A stretch of DNA of 64,000 bases from Octopus vulgaris (Eukaryota): assembly GCA_951406725.2 (NCBI GenBank), contig OX597823.1:14508001-14572000 (forward strand). The letters run 5' to 3'. Numbering within the stretch: the first letter of the stretch is position 1; each line of letters opens with the position of its first letter. Positions 13,725 to 27,904 of the stretch are shown piece after piece. The notes beneath the pieces were generated by a model that did not search any database, was not told the DNA's origin, and saw nothing but the letters and a program-made list of their open reading frames with translations. The position numbers were made by a program, and so were the translations under genes.

Positions 13725-14616
13725 ATTATGCAGACACACACACACACACTCACACACACGCACACACACACGCACACACATATATATATATACACATATC
13801 CCACACCTCAATGAATACAAAATCATTACCTGATACATACATACATACATACATACAGACATACATACGTTTATATGTATGTATATTTCTCTACCTTTCC
13901 ATCTGACGAACAACCGATCAATCTACCCAATATATTACCTATATATATATATCATAAGACAGCCAATATAATGCAACTTACTTTACATAACCATCTTATA
14001 TTATCGATCCTCTTTCTGACTCACACTTCCTCACTTTCTCTCTCACTCTTTATCTATCTATCTATCTATATATAAAACTCTGCTACATTCTTCTTTTCTC
14101 GCTCTGCTATTCTCTCACTGTTTATGGTACTCTCTTAATTCCTCATCTCTCTACCTCTTTCTCTCCTTCTCCACTCTGCCACCTTTCCCCCTCTCTTGTT
14201 CCCTCTAAAGAGCAGTACTCTCTCTCTCTGCCTTTTACTCAATTCTTCTCAATGCACTCCTTCTCCTCCTCCTCCAGTGTCTATCACTCAACACTTCATC
14301 TAATGTAACTCGTGAATGGCGCTTATCCTATTTAATGTTGAATTCGTTTATCTGCGTTTCTCTGTATGAGTGTGCGTGCGTTCGTGCGTGTATGTACTCG
14401 TGGTGCGCAGGTGGAAGGGTGTGTGTATGTGTGTGTATGCGCGTGTGCGTGTGTATGTGTGTGTGTGTGTGTATGTGTATGTGTGTGTGTAGAACGTGTC
14501 CCATAAATATAGCAGATTTTTTTTCAATGTAGTGAAGGTTTGAAAGCGGAGTTAACAAACGGACAGTCTGAACAGTCCGGACATGCCATGTGAAATATGT
14601 GTGTGTGTGTGAATGT

Positions 14617-14875
14617 GAAGGTGCATGGCCTAGCGGTTAAGCCACTGGACTTACGTGCGCTTGATCGTGGGTTCGATTCACTGACTGGGCGGCGCATTTT
14701 ATTCTTGAGCAAAACACTTCATTTTACGTTGCTCCCGTTTCCCTTTCCATCAGAAGAGAATGTTGGCCTGCACGTCAAACCAGCGTGGTACCGCCATTCC
14801 AAGGGTAAAATGATACAAAGCGCATTGTGACCAGCGATGTGTAACAACATCTGATAATATGGTCGGTCACGTGAT
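14617..14875 (+). mobile_element. CORE-type tRNA SINE with RTE-like tail (type E)
   Basis: A box TGGCCTAGCGG, B box GGTTCGATTC, tail similar to the RTE 3' end at 12630-12675. Confidence 0.7.
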
Positions 14876-14900
14876 CTCTCTCTCTCTCTCTGTCTCTCTC

Positions 14901-14950
<50 letters not shown>

Positions 14951-14955
14951 TTATA

Positions 14956-15346
14956 GGCGCAGGAGTGGCTCTGTGGTAAGTAGCTTGCTAACCAACCACA
15001 TGGTTCTAGGTTCAGTCCCACTGCGTGGCATCTTGGGCAAGTGTCTTCTGCTATAGCCCCGGGCCGACCAATGCCTTGTGAGTGGATTTGGTAGACGGAA
15101 ACTGAAAGAAGCTTGTCGTATATATGTATATATATATATATGTGTGTGTGTGTGTCTGTGTTTGTCCCCCTAGCATTGCTTGACAACCGATGCAGGTGTG
15201 TTTACGTCCCCGTCACTTAGCGGTTCGGCAAAAAGAGATTGATTGAATAAGTACTGGGCTTACAAAGAATAAGTCCCGGGGTCGATTTGCTCGACTAAAG
15301 GCGGTGTTCCAGCATGGCCGCAGTCAAATGACTGAAACAAGTAAAG
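14956..15346 (+). mobile_element. CORE-type tRNA SINE type A, full length
   Basis: GGCGCAGGAGTGGCTxTGTGG head, TTGGGCAAGTG core, internal TA/TG tract, GGCGGTGxTCCAGCATGGCC tail. Confidence 0.9.
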
Positions 15347-15356
15347 AAAAATATAG

Positions 15357-15549
15357 TAAATCCCAAGAAAGAACAAACACAAAAAAACAACAACGCGAGG
15401 ACGTGGTACATGTAATGTATTAGCAGACGCTCAAAAAAGAAAAGAAAGATGGTTTAACGTTTCGGGCAGAAGCCCTTCTTCGGAAACAGAGGAAAGTCCA
15501 TTAAAAAGGAAGACGGAGGAAGAAAATCGCCAACGATTCACATGTGGTT

Positions 15550-15552
<3 letters not shown>
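15357..15552 (-). mobile_element. ~200-bp Penelope-like mini-element carrying a minimal hammerhead
   Basis: Homologous end to end with 43291-43495. Confidence 0.7.
15452..15487 (-). ncRNA. Minimal type I hammerhead-like motif
   Basis: GUUU-CCGAAGA-A-GGGC-UUCU-GCCC-GAAA-CG-UU-AAAC; stems I and II pair. Confidence 0.65.
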
Positions 15553-15640
<88 letters not shown>

Positions 15641-15658
15641 CTTGTGTGTGTGTGTGTA

Positions 15659-16070
15659 CTGTATATACTCAACTATAAAATGCCCTCGCCTATAAGACGC
15701 ACCCCCGATCGGGAATTTTATCATTGATACGAATATAAGTCGCTGTGTCCTTTTTGATATTGGAGAGCAAATTTCGATTAGGCATCGTCCAAAACAACAT
15801 AGTTGTTGTTTTGGTAACCGAGCTTTCAGTAAGCTGAAGTTGACTTACAGCAACTGTCATCCCATTAAGTTCATGCATTTTAGAAACCGTTGTTTATAAC
15901 GTAAAATTTTATCCTTTTCGGTTATTCTAAGTGTCGGTTCTTCAGACGTGGCTTGTATCTAGAGAATATCTGAAGATTTTTTTTATAGGATGCTCTTATA
16001 AGTCGCACCCCTAACTTTAGGTGAAAATTTCATGGAAAAACATGCGCGACATATAGCCGTGTATATACGG
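15659..16070. mobile_element. Tc1/pogo-type MITE
   Basis: TA|CTGTATATAC..GTATATACGG|TA; subterminal TATAAGxCGCACCCC repeats. Confidence 0.6.
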
Positions 16071-16072
16071 TA

Positions 16073-16279
16073 TGTTTTTGCGTGTCTATGTCTGTCTCAC
16101 CACCATCGCTTGACAACCGATGTTGGCCTGTTTACGTCCCCGTAACTTTGCGGTTCGGCAAAATAGACCGATAAAATAAGCACTGGGCTTACAAAGAGTA
16201 AGTACTGGGGTCGATTTGCTCGACTAAAAGGCGGTGCTCCAGCATGGCCGCATTCAAATGATTGAATCAAGTAAAAGAA
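16073..16279 (+). mobile_element. SINE type A 3' half
   Basis: Consensus match. Confidence 0.8.
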
Positions 16280-16299
16280 ATTAAAAGAAGTTAAAAGAA

Positions 16300-16351
<52 letters not shown>

Positions 16352-16975
16352 GAGCCTCAAGATTCAAATAATTTAGTAAGCAGTTTGCACCGAAAAGTAT
16401 CATCAAAATGAGTACATACACACACACACACACACACAGACTTACGCAGGCACGCGCGCGCACACACACATATACATGTATGCACCAGAACCACCAACTC
16501 ATGCTACGATTCTACTCGCATGCACGGTTGTGCTTTTAAAACATATCTGCATAAACATATACCAAATACACATGTACACACACACACACATCCCAAGATA
16601 ATGCCACCCTTCACATACACACATCGCGTACACACCAACACGATTACATCTTGTCATACCTCCAGGGACTTTCCTCCAACATCTCCAACCTCCACCCGAA
16701 CGTCACACAGTTGTATGTAACCAATGTGTGCAGCGCGGAAGTGATACGCTTTCTCTGTTCCAAAGATATGACGTAAGATATTGTAACTAGCGTTTCGTCT
16801 TAGAGCTGCACAATAAGGATTCAAATTCGATGCCAGGAATATTTGTGTCTGTGTGTCTGTGCACGTGTGCTTGTGGTGTGTGTTTACTTTCGTGTGTGTG
16901 TGACTGTGTGTATATGTATGTATATCTATTTGTAGGTATATCCTTAATCTTTCTATCTGTCCGTCCGTCCGTCTG

Positions 16976-17022
<47 letters not shown>

Positions 17023-17231
17023 GTCTGTCTATCTGAGTGTGTATGTATGTAGTTGTTTGTGTAAGTATATATATTCATGTATATGCATATGCATATATAT
17101 ATATGTATGTGTGTATATGTGTGCGTATGTATGTATACATTTATGCATACATATATTTACATATTTACATGTACACACAGACACATATATATGTATATAT
17201 ATGTGTGTGTACATGTAAATATATACATATG

Positions 17232-17268
<37 letters not shown>

Positions 17269-17306
17269 ACATGTAAAAATATATATATGTATATATATAT
17301 GTATAC

Positions 17307-17394
<88 letters not shown>

Positions 17395-17627
17395 ATTATT
17401 TATGTGTATATATATAAATATATATGTGTGTGTGTGTGTATGTATGCATAAATATGTGTTAAAAGACTTCCACACATACGTTTTCATGTATATATATATA
17501 CTTATTTATATGTATGTATAATTACCCGTCTGTCTATCCATACACATATATATTTCTTTTCTTCTCTCTCTCACCCACAACCTCTGTCTGTCTGTCTATC
17601 TGTCAGTCCGTCTCACTCTCTTTCTCG

Positions 17628-17687
<60 letters not shown>

Positions 17688-17696
17688 ATATATATT

Positions 17697-17832
<136 letters not shown>

Positions 17833-18477
17833 AAGTGTTTGTGTGTGTGTGTGTGCACGCGCACACCACCTGCGAATGTTAAAAGCGGAAGAGAGCGAAC
17901 GTAATCATGGGGTGAATGAAAGGAGAGTGTTTGCGATATTCGTTATTTCAACATTGATATAGACGATGGTGATGATGACCGTGATAGTGACAATCATGGT
18001 GATGATGATGATGATGATGAGTGATGATGATGAGTGATGGAGCAGGAGGATAAGGAATAGGAGGAGGAGGAGAAAAATGTGGTGGACGGTGAGGATGAGG
18101 ATGCCGGTGATGATAGCGATGAGGATTACGATGGTAATGATGATGATGGTGATTGTACGTATGTGGGTGTGAGCAGAAAAAAATTCCTGTTACTGAGAAA
18201 CAGACAATGAGAGAGGGGGAGAGAGAGAGAGAGAGAAGGGGAGAGAGGGAGAGAGAGAGAAGGGGAGATAGAGGGAGAGGGGGAAACAGTGTTTGTCTGA
18301 GTCTTCTAATTGATGTGGCAGTTAGAGATAGGGAATAAATGCTAAATAGCGGAGGTAGTGGTGGTGGTGGTGGTGCTGGTGGTGGTGATTAGAAGTGGTG
18401 GAGATGGGGATGAAAGAAGTGGATCTGGAGAAAAAAGATGTGAAGGCGGAGATGACGACGACGACGACGACGACTAA

Positions 18478-18785
18478 GAGGAAGAAGAAGAAGAAAAAGG
18501 AGAAGAAGAGGAGGAAGAAGAAGAAGAAAAAGGAGAAGAGGAGGAAGAAGAAGAAAAAGAAGAAGAAGAAGAAGAAAAAGGAGAAGAAGAGGAGGAAGAA
18601 GAAGAAGAAGAAGAAGAAGAAGAAGAAGAACAAGAAGAAGAAGAAGAAGAAAAAGAGGTGGTGATGGAAGAGGAGGAGGAGGAGGAGGAGGGGAGAAAGT
18701 GGGGATGGGGAGGAGGTGAATGAGAAAGCGGATGTGAGGTAGAAGAGAATGAAGATTTTCTTTTTCTTGAATGGAGTGAAAGAGC

Positions 18786-18823
<38 letters not shown>

Positions 18824-18860
18824 CAGAGAGAGAAGAAGAGAGAGAGAGAGAGAGAAAGAG
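18478..18860. repeat. Polypurine (AAG)n/(GAG)n/(GA)n tract
   Basis: Seen directly. Confidence 0.9.
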
Positions 18861-19266
18861 AAAATGTCTAGCCGTTGTTTGTGTGGAGAGTGAAAGGAGA
18901 CGTTGGGCAAACGTACAGAAACTGTTGCCAAAATAGAAAAGTGTAACAGATCGAAGAGATGTGTTTTTCACAGACAACAGTAAACAACATTGGCTTCTGA
19001 CACAGATTTCAACCACAACTCGTTCTTGAGAGAGTAGTTGTGGTGTTCATTCATACCCTGTGGCTATGATTAGCTAATGAGATGGCAGTTACATAGAACC
19101 GAAGTCAATATTCACTTAGGTCCATACCTATCTGTCGCTTCCATAACCCGTGGTTATATATATATATATAGCAGTGAGGTTGTTTGACATTCATGCTGTG
19201 CTCAGAGATCGATATCGAAGTTAGTAAAGAAAATAAAGAAAAACACAAGTCGTGAATTGAGAATGG

Positions 19267-19702
19267 GGATCTTTTCGGTTTGAACGGCAGTTTTTTTTTT
19301 TGCGGTGTCATATGAAATTGTCACCCATAATTATGACCCTAGTATCGATCTATTGCATTTCAATCTGTTTTAGGGTTAGTGTTAGTTAGGGTTAGGGTTA
19401 GGGGTGGGGGAAGGGTATCTTTTTTTCTTCACAAATGTAAATAAACCCAATCTGTTTCTTAAACGAGGGACATATTCATACGGCACAGGATGTTTTTTTT
19501 ACCTCAATAGACGTCAGTAATTGGTTGAAATTGCAGAAATTGAAGAAAACAACAACAAATATATTACAAACTATAGAATTTCCTCAATAAAGCCAAGAGA
19601 AAAAGATGTTTTATAAACACACTCTACCAGTATACGAAGTTTGAAAGTGTTTAGTTACGTGGAAATTATTTTAAAAAACTGCCGTTCAAACCGAAAAGAT
19701 CT
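19267..19702. mobile_element. MITE with ~28-bp TIRs and 8-bp TSD (Merlin-like)
   Basis: GGATCTTTTCGGTTTGAACGGCAGTTTT..AAAACTGCCGTTCAAACCGAAAAGATC; TSD GAGAATGG; internal TTAGGG run. Confidence 0.85.
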
Positions 19703-19874
19703 GAGAATGGATTCCATTTAACCCCGGTTGATAGGAAAATACGATGAAGTTTATATTTCATTTAGGAACTCTAATGGGACCATAATACACTCGAAGTCGT
19801 CTCCCTTGAGTGTTAAAACAATACTATATTAACCAATGAGATAACTTTGTGTTTTTCTCACATCATAATTATTA

Positions 19875-20075
19875 TTTCTACACGTGCTTTTCTCGGACTT
19901 TTTTTTCCTTCTTTCCGGACTTTTTCCTCTTTCCTCTTTCTGATGATGAGCCATACTCGAAACGTCACACCGCTCATTTTTCCATCATAAACAGTCACTG
20001 AGCTTCAATATAATGCATTTACTGTGTACGTCTTCTTGGCCTTTGTTTTTTTCCTATTTTTGACTTTACATTTGG
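19875..20075 (+). mobile_element. Diverged hammerhead mini-element
   Basis: CTGATGA-T-GAG-CCATA-CTC-GAAA-CG-TC at 19940-19966; stem I degenerate. Confidence 0.5.
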
Positions 20076-20087
20076 TTTTATTTTTGA

Positions 20088-20484
20088 CTAGCAGTATCGC
20101 CCGGCGTTGCTCGGGTTTGTAAGGGAAATAACTAAATAAGCATTTTTAGAGATTTATAGCCAAAAAATAGCAAAAAAATGCATTAAAAATGAAAAAAAGA
20201 TGATGGTAAATTTTTTTTAAATCGTTGACTCATCGTAGACATTTTTAGAGAGTTACTTCCCTTATATAATAGCGAAAAAATGCATCAAAATGGAAAAAAA
20301 TGATGGTAATTCTTTTTTAAAATCGTAGACTCATCGTAGACGCGCGCTAATACCCAGAAGGGCTCGATATGAATCACGACTATAAGATACCCGGTTTTGG
20401 TTTAACTGCATCGCAAAATGTGGGAGTAGTTAGGAATCTAAATCGTAGGAGACAGACACACAACTTGACTTTTATATATAAAGA
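20088..20484 (-). mobile_element. Non-autonomous Helitron
   Basis: 5'-TC..CTAG-3' between A and T, subterminal hairpin CCCGAGCAACGCCGGG, no TSD; second copy at 50040-50435. Confidence 0.85.
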
Positions 20485-20532
20485 TTTGCCTACATGTATG
20501 TGTACATATGTATATTATGTATCTCTCTCTGC

Positions 20533-20563
<31 letters not shown>

Positions 20564-21169
20564 GTGTGTGTGTGTTGGTTTGGTCAGTACGAAGTGGCTT
20601 TAACCATGGTCCTTACAGTCCCCGTAAAAAGGAGAAAGATGTGTTAATGCTTTTGTTAATCAGTTCCAAGTCAACAGCTGCCTGATAAAAAAAAAAAAAA
20701 GAGACATGGGCAAGGAAGGAATTTTAAAAGGCCGACGGCAGGAAGAGCTCGGTGTGGCGGCTAATCCGGTACTTGTTGGAATGCATGCAATATTGATGGT
20801 GAGAGGACGATCACTATATTGAATTATCCCAACCGACTTACTTAGTTTTATATTCTAACTCTTCTAACAATCCCGCCTATTTCGATATGGGTTTGGCAAA
20901 TATATCGCTGAGAGGAACACAGAGGATTCGGTAATTTATTTGTTTCGCCTGAACGTGGACAACATCAAGCTTCACAGTCTCTAGAGGTCTAAGATGGTCA
21001 TAGATACTGTCCATTCTTACAGATTCAGAAAGTGAAAGAAAAAGAAACGTAAACGTAAGTTCTCACACCTGAAGCCAGACATCGAAACAAAAATGCTGAC
21101 TTATCCTTGTTTTGCTTTTCTTCTTTGCGAGTTTATATGAACAAAGACCTTTGGAAGCTTTCTCTAAAC

Positions 21170-21419
21170 CAGTGGTTCTCAACCATTTTTTATGAACCCC
21201 TTTGGTTCCATTTTATTCAAATGCACCCTCAAACCATTCGATGTTTAAAAAATCATATTGATTTTTTATAATCAAATCTTATTAGGAACTGTATTTAAAA
21301 AAATGTTAAAACATTTCGTGTGTTGTAGAATTAAAACCAATTTATTGCACATTAAGTTTTCATAACAAAATCTTACATGGACCCCCAAAGGTCATATGAA
21401 CCCCGATTAGGACCCACTA
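21170..21419. mobile_element. Decayed hAT-type MITE
   Basis: CAGTGGTTCTCAACC left end, degenerate right end TTAGGACCCACTA. Confidence 0.5.
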
Positions 21420-21510
21420 CTTTAAGCGATCATGAAACTCCAGTTTCACTTATTAGCAGATTGTACTACTGTTATCAACAGAAAAACAATATATATAAAA
21501 ACATACATAT

Positions 21511-21562
<52 letters not shown>

Positions 21563-21564
21563 CC

Positions 21565-21619
<55 letters not shown>

Positions 21620-21875
21620 TAGAAACACAACACTACACACTCTGAACTCGTGCAAAATATTCTTCGAAACACTTTACTGTCTTTACATATATGGGTTTTC
21701 TATGTGTGTGTGTGTGTGTGTGCACTGAGTTACCTCTCTTCGGTATTTCCCATTGATAATAGCTCAAGTGCTAGAAACGCTATGTCTGAGAAGCCGATAA
21801 TGGACAACTCTGAGCAAATGCGGAGTTTTCACACCTTTTACCACAAGACAGAGTTTTTAGAAGTTGAAACATGTC

Positions 21876-21914
<39 letters not shown>

Positions 21915-22322
21915 TAGTAACATTTATAGTTACGTGATACAGGAAAGTGCAGCATTGACGACAAAACATTTGTAGAGTAAATGTGAAAGCTATGTATAAA
22001 CGACAATTTGAGTTTAGCACATCAATTTGGACAGAATTATCATTTTTATGAGAATGGGATGGATCATATCTGAAAGCAGTTCCACGCGTTGTGAAGAACG
22101 AATTTGTACGTGGTCTGTTACGGAAAGCTATTCCATTGGACTTCTGTGTAATCTGGTGTGCTAAAGGTATTTTTAATGATTCAGCAGGCTTTTGCTGATC
22201 TTGGGAAAGTCTCATCCCCCTTCTCACTTAAGACTCCATCTGATGTGCTGCAGCATGTCTTTGCTGATGTTGAGAAAGTCTCATGTCCCTTATCTCTTGC
22301 GACAATCACCTTCAGTTATATT

Positions 22323-22557
22323 ATTTCTTTATTGCCCACAAGGGCCTAAACATAGAGAAAACAAACAAGGACAGAGAGAGAGAGGTATTAGTCGATTACA
22401 TCGACCCCAGTGCGTAACTGGTACTTAATTTATCGACCCCGAAAGGATGAAAGGCAAAGTCGACCTCGGCGAAATTTGAACTCAGAACGTAACGGCAGAC
22501 GAAATACCGCTAAGCATTTGGCCCGGCGTGCTAACGTTTCTGCCAGCTCGCCGCCTT
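22323..22557 (-). mobile_element. Meta-like SINE with 13-bp TSD
   Basis: ATCACCTTCAGTT at 22305-22317 and 22558-22570. Confidence 0.9.
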
Positions 22558-22889
22558 ATCACCTTCAGTTTTCTGCATTTCTCCTTGATTTATATCTGTT
22601 TCTGGAAAGAGTATGTTTTTCCTTTGGTGGCATATTTCTTTTCAATACTTTAAACAAAAAAAAAATATGACATAGAAAAAATTCATTGATAACTATTTTT
22701 GTAAGCAATTGTACGTATGTAGTATGTCTATATTTTTGTACGCAGTGTAAAGTAACCAAATATAAGCAAATTGTAAATACCTTGCAACCTTGCAACTGCT
22801 GCGATAATTATGAACTATTAATGGAACGTGGATGTGTATTTTTACATAACTTGGACCTTCCACGTAATTGTTTTTTTCAAGAGTTTGTG

Positions 22890-23551
22890 TAGATGTATGT
22901 GTGTGTTTAATAACGTAGGTAACGGGCGCGCAAACATAAACACACTCACAGACACATACACATTCATATACAAATTGTGACGATACGCACACATACAGTC
23001 TTATATACAGACACATACATATAGTAAGAAAGACACATAGACATATATTCACGTATGTCAGACGTCATATGTATATATGTGTGTGTAGATGTTTGTGTAT
23101 GTTTAATAGCATACGTAACGCGGAAACACACACACAGTCACAGTGACATATACACGCATACACCCACACACATACACTCAGAGACATATGCAGACTCATA
23201 TATGTGTCGTTGTCTTCGTGGTTTTAAATGTCCTTTACTATCTCGTACGCGTCGAATGCACAAAGACATACACAATAGTGAAAGAATAGAAGTGAAGCAA
23301 CATTACACAACGGTTTTCGATAGAGTGAGTAATGTAAATAGTGTATTTAAATAGATGGAGTACTCTTTTTCACGGTCAGTTTGTCGCATTACTCGAGAGC
23401 TCTGAGCAAAATGCTATAGTGCATGACCATCCGTGGCACATAAGTATTGTGTGTGTAAAGTTTGGTAAAAATCGGTTGAAAACTGTAGATATTCATACGT
23501 ATTACACACACAGTCACACACAGAGAATCCTTTGTTTTATATCGAGAGAGA
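22890..23551 (-). mobile_element. Probable Helitron-like element, related to 51640-52410
   Basis: Ends like the Helitron 5' end (..TTTTATAT..GAT); internal blocks resemble the reverse complement of 51820-52400. Confidence 0.35.
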
Positions 23552-23906
23552 TTGCCCATTGCTGTCTATATTAATTTTATATATATAATGTGTGTGTGTG
23601 TGTGTATCTGTGTGGTTTTTACAAGAAAGAGGTTGACAGTCACTTCGAAGTTTCTATTATGAAGCCATTATCGTGTCATTCGAAGACAAGAAAATCGAAA
23701 TTTTGAGTTTTCCTTCTAAAAATGTATGAAATTTTGTTATTCTTCCGAAAATGATTGGGTAACCCTTAAACATAGTGTAATCCTAACACAAACCTAATGC
23801 CTGAATGTGTGTGTATGTTTGCGTGTCTGTTTCCACCTCTGCCTGACAATTCTCTATAAATTTAAGCATCCTTTCTCTCACCTTAGTACGTCAATCTGTC
23901 ATCTAT

Positions 23907-24496
23907 TAATCCTGTCTACACTAGACACAAGGCCCGAAACTTTGGGGGGAGGGGGCTATCGATCCCAGTACGCATCTGGTTCTTAATTTACCGACCCAGA
24001 AAGAATGAAAGGCAAAGTCGACCTCGGTGGAATTTGAACTCAGAACGTAAAGACAGACGAAATACGCTATGCATTTTGCTCTGTGTGCTAACGATTCTTT
24101 TCTTCTCTAGGCACAAGGCCCGAAATTTTTGGGGAGGGGACGCAATCGATTGGATCGACCCCAGTGCGCAACTGGTACTTAATTTATCGACCTCGAAAGG
24201 ATAAAAGGCAAAGTCGACCTCGGTGGAATCTGAACTCAGAACGTAAAGACAGCCGAAATACCTATTTATTTACTACCCACAAGGAGCTAAACACAGAGAG
24301 GACAAACAAGGACAGACAAACGGATTAAGTCGATTATATCGACCCCAGTGCGTAACTGGTACTTATTTAATCGACCTCGAAATGATGGAAGGCAAAGTCG
24401 ACCTTGGTGGAATTTGAACTCAGAACGTAGCGGCAGACGAAATACCGCAAAGCATTTCGCCCGGCATGCTGACGTTTCTGCCAGCTCTCCGGCTTT
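23907..24496 (-). mobile_element. Meta-like SINE trimer under one 14-bp TSD
   Basis: Three units; AATCTGTCATCTAT at 23893-23906 and 24497-24510. Confidence 0.85.
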
Positions 24497-24828
24497 AATC
24501 TGTCATCTATAAATGGTTGCTTACTGTAGCGTCTCTCTATCTAACTTCTAATTACTTTCCTTTTTCTTCGGCACATTTTTATTCATAACAATATCTGTAA
24601 CTCCTCGCATGGTTGTTCGAGAAACGGGTTCATACCTTCCGGTCCAACTTTTTAAACGTTCCTTTTCGTTCATCTCCACTCCTAAACCTCTCATCTACCC
24701 TCACAAATCTTCACATTCAACCATCCCACCTAATCCCTCCAAATCTATTTATTCACGTTTATCCTCCTCAGCTTCTCCCCTCAAAGATGAAGGGTCAAGA
24801 TACCAAAATATATTCTACACTTCTCTGT

Positions 24829-25164
24829 GGAGGCACATGGCTCAGTGGTCAGAGTGACGGACTTACAGTCGTGAGGGTGTGAGTTCGATTCTCGGACCAG
24901 GCTACATGTGTTTTTGAGCAAGACACTTTATTACACATTGCTTCAGTCCACTCAACTGTAGAAATCATTTACGACGTCACTGGTGCCAGGCTGTAATGGC
25001 CTATGCTTTTCCCTTGAATAATATCAGTGGTATGGTGACGGGAGGCTGGTATGCATGAGTGACTACTGGTCTTCCATAAACAACCTTGCCCGGACTTGTA
25101 CCTCAGAGAAAAACTTACTAGGTTACAATCCTATGATCATTTGTAACCTAAGGGAGTCTTTTAC
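24829..25164 (+). mobile_element. CORE-type SINE type D, full length
   Basis: A box TGGCTCAGTGG, B box GAGTTCGATTC; homologous to 6856-7176. Confidence 0.8.
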
Positions 25165-25419
25165 AATTCTCTAAAAACGAATAAATTCCCCAATGCTCTT
25201 CACTTCGTATTGATTAATTTTTCTTGATGGAAAACATCACCTGTTTCCACGGATTCAGCATTTTATGCCGATTTAATATTACATATTTTTTTTTAAATAC
25301 TCCCATAATAAAGTAATATTTTATTGTCAATATTAGAATTTTATGCAAGAACCGCTGGTTAAAATTTATGTAGTTTAGCAAACCTGCTGTGAATATGTTG
25401 ACAGCTCATCGCTATGTGA

Positions 25420-25491
<72 letters not shown>

Positions 25492-25814
25492 ATACATACA
25501 TACATACATACATACATACATACATACATACATACGTAAGTATGTATACATACCTACATACAAAAACACACAAGCACACACATATACATATATGATATGA
25601 ACTTGTACGCGCACCCCCACATACACACACTTTCAGGCACACACATACATACACACACACTCTCACACACGTACACATATGTATATGTATATATATATGA
25701 AAATAAACATTTACTTATTTGTATATATACACACACACCTATATATATATAAGTATGCATGTTAGTGTGTTTGCGCGCGTGTGTATGTGTGTGTGTACAT
25801 ATATTTACATATTT

Positions 25815-25851
<37 letters not shown>

Positions 25852-25992
25852 ATGCATACATGCATGCATATTATACACAAACACACGCATATATACATAT
25901 ATGTATTTATATATCCATTCACTCATCCAACCGTACCTACATACATACATAAACATATATATGTACATATATATATATGTGTATTTATATAT

Positions 25993-26025
<33 letters not shown>

Positions 26026-26101
26026 ACACATTCATACATACATGCATACATGCATACATAAACATATATATGTACATATATATATGTGTATTTATATATA
26101 T

Positions 26102-26132
<31 letters not shown>

Positions 26133-26203
26133 ACACATTCATACATACATGCATACATGCATACATAAACATATATATGTACATATATACGGGTATATCT
26201 ATA

Positions 26204-26252
<49 letters not shown>

Positions 26253-26900
26253 AATATATATTTACACACACGCCATATATATAAACACATATATAGATAA
26301 ACACACACACACACATATATAAACACATTCATATATACATACAAGCATATATACATATATGTATTTATATATCCATTCATTCATCCAACCGTACCTACAT
26401 ACATACATACATACATACATACATACATAAACATACATAAACATATATATGTACATATATACGAGTATATATATATATATGGGTATTTATATATACATAC
26501 ATACAAAACACATTCATACATACATACATGCATACATACATACATACATACATACATACATACATACATACATACATACACGTTTGGCCGAACAAATAAG
26601 ATAGCAAATGTTAATCGATTGTAGCAGATTATTTTTATTCGTTCGAAGCTGATGACTCATCCAGTCGATCTCGTCTGAACCAGGGCATACACCCGGGAAA
26701 CTCGGAGTAACGACGTGCGTGCGTGTGTGTGTGTGTGTATGTGTGTGTGTGTTGCGTGTGTGTGTATGTGTGTGTGTGTTGCGTGTGTGTGTTTTGTTAA
26801 TTATAAAGTACTCGACACATACTTTGTGGTACAATATATGGCATGTTTATATCGTGGTATGAGTATATGCATGCAAATGTTGATAGATAGATAGATAGAT

Positions 26901-27075
26901 AAGTTTCTTTATTGGCCACACAGGGCTGCACACAGATGGGACAAGTTACAAGGTAGAGCTTTTCTTTTGGGGGATGAAAAAAAACAAAAAACAAAAGAAC
27001 AAAAAATGGGGTGGCGTAGGTTTTCGATCACGAGGGATCGTAAAAGGGAAGAAAAGAACAAAAAAAAATAAAATA
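26901..27075 (-). mobile_element. Tx1 LINE 3'UTR-only insertion
   Basis: Near-identical to 4893-5030; (GATA)n on both sides. Confidence 0.85.
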
Positions 27076-27076
27076 A

Positions 27077-27117
<41 letters not shown>

Positions 27118-27342
27118 AGCAGACAGTTAGTCAAACTGACATACATAAAGAGAGAGATAAAGAAAGAGAGATGGAAAAGAGATAAAGAGAAAGAAAGGGA
27201 GAGAGAGAGAGATGTAGGGAGAGTAGATAAACATACAGATAGATAGATCCATCAGTTGATCGATAGAGAGGCAGACAGACGTAAATAGCTATTAAGATAG
27301 ATAGACAGATAGACAGACAGACAAACAGACAAACAGACAGAC

Positions 27343-27493
<151 letters not shown>

Positions 27494-27596
27494 TAGACAA
27501 ATAGACAGACAGGCAGACAGACAGATAGATTGATAGACAGACAGACAAATAGACATACAAATAGACAGACAGGCAGACCGACACATAGATAGAAAG

Positions 27597-27666
<70 letters not shown>

Positions 27667-27904
27667 CACGAAGGGAAGTTACTCTGCGCTAACACGAGAT
27701 ATTTTACATTAGTGCATGATAAAGATATTCTTCATATCAACAAGGATAAAAGACAGTCCATGCTTGTATGGGTGTATATATAGGAATGTGTACTTGTATG
27801 TGTGCAGTGCTATGTCTGTTCGCCTGAATATATACCATGTGCTTCAGTGAATACTATAATTGTGTAGATATAAGTGCATGTGAGACTCTTTCACTCTTTC
27901 ACGC

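Noticed and set aside
18395-18664. Lys-rich ORF
   Set aside because: It is a translation of the (AAG)n microsatellite.
19370-19410. Interstitial telomere or chromosome-fusion scar
   Set aside because: The TTAGGG units are internal to a MITE and recur in its other full copy.
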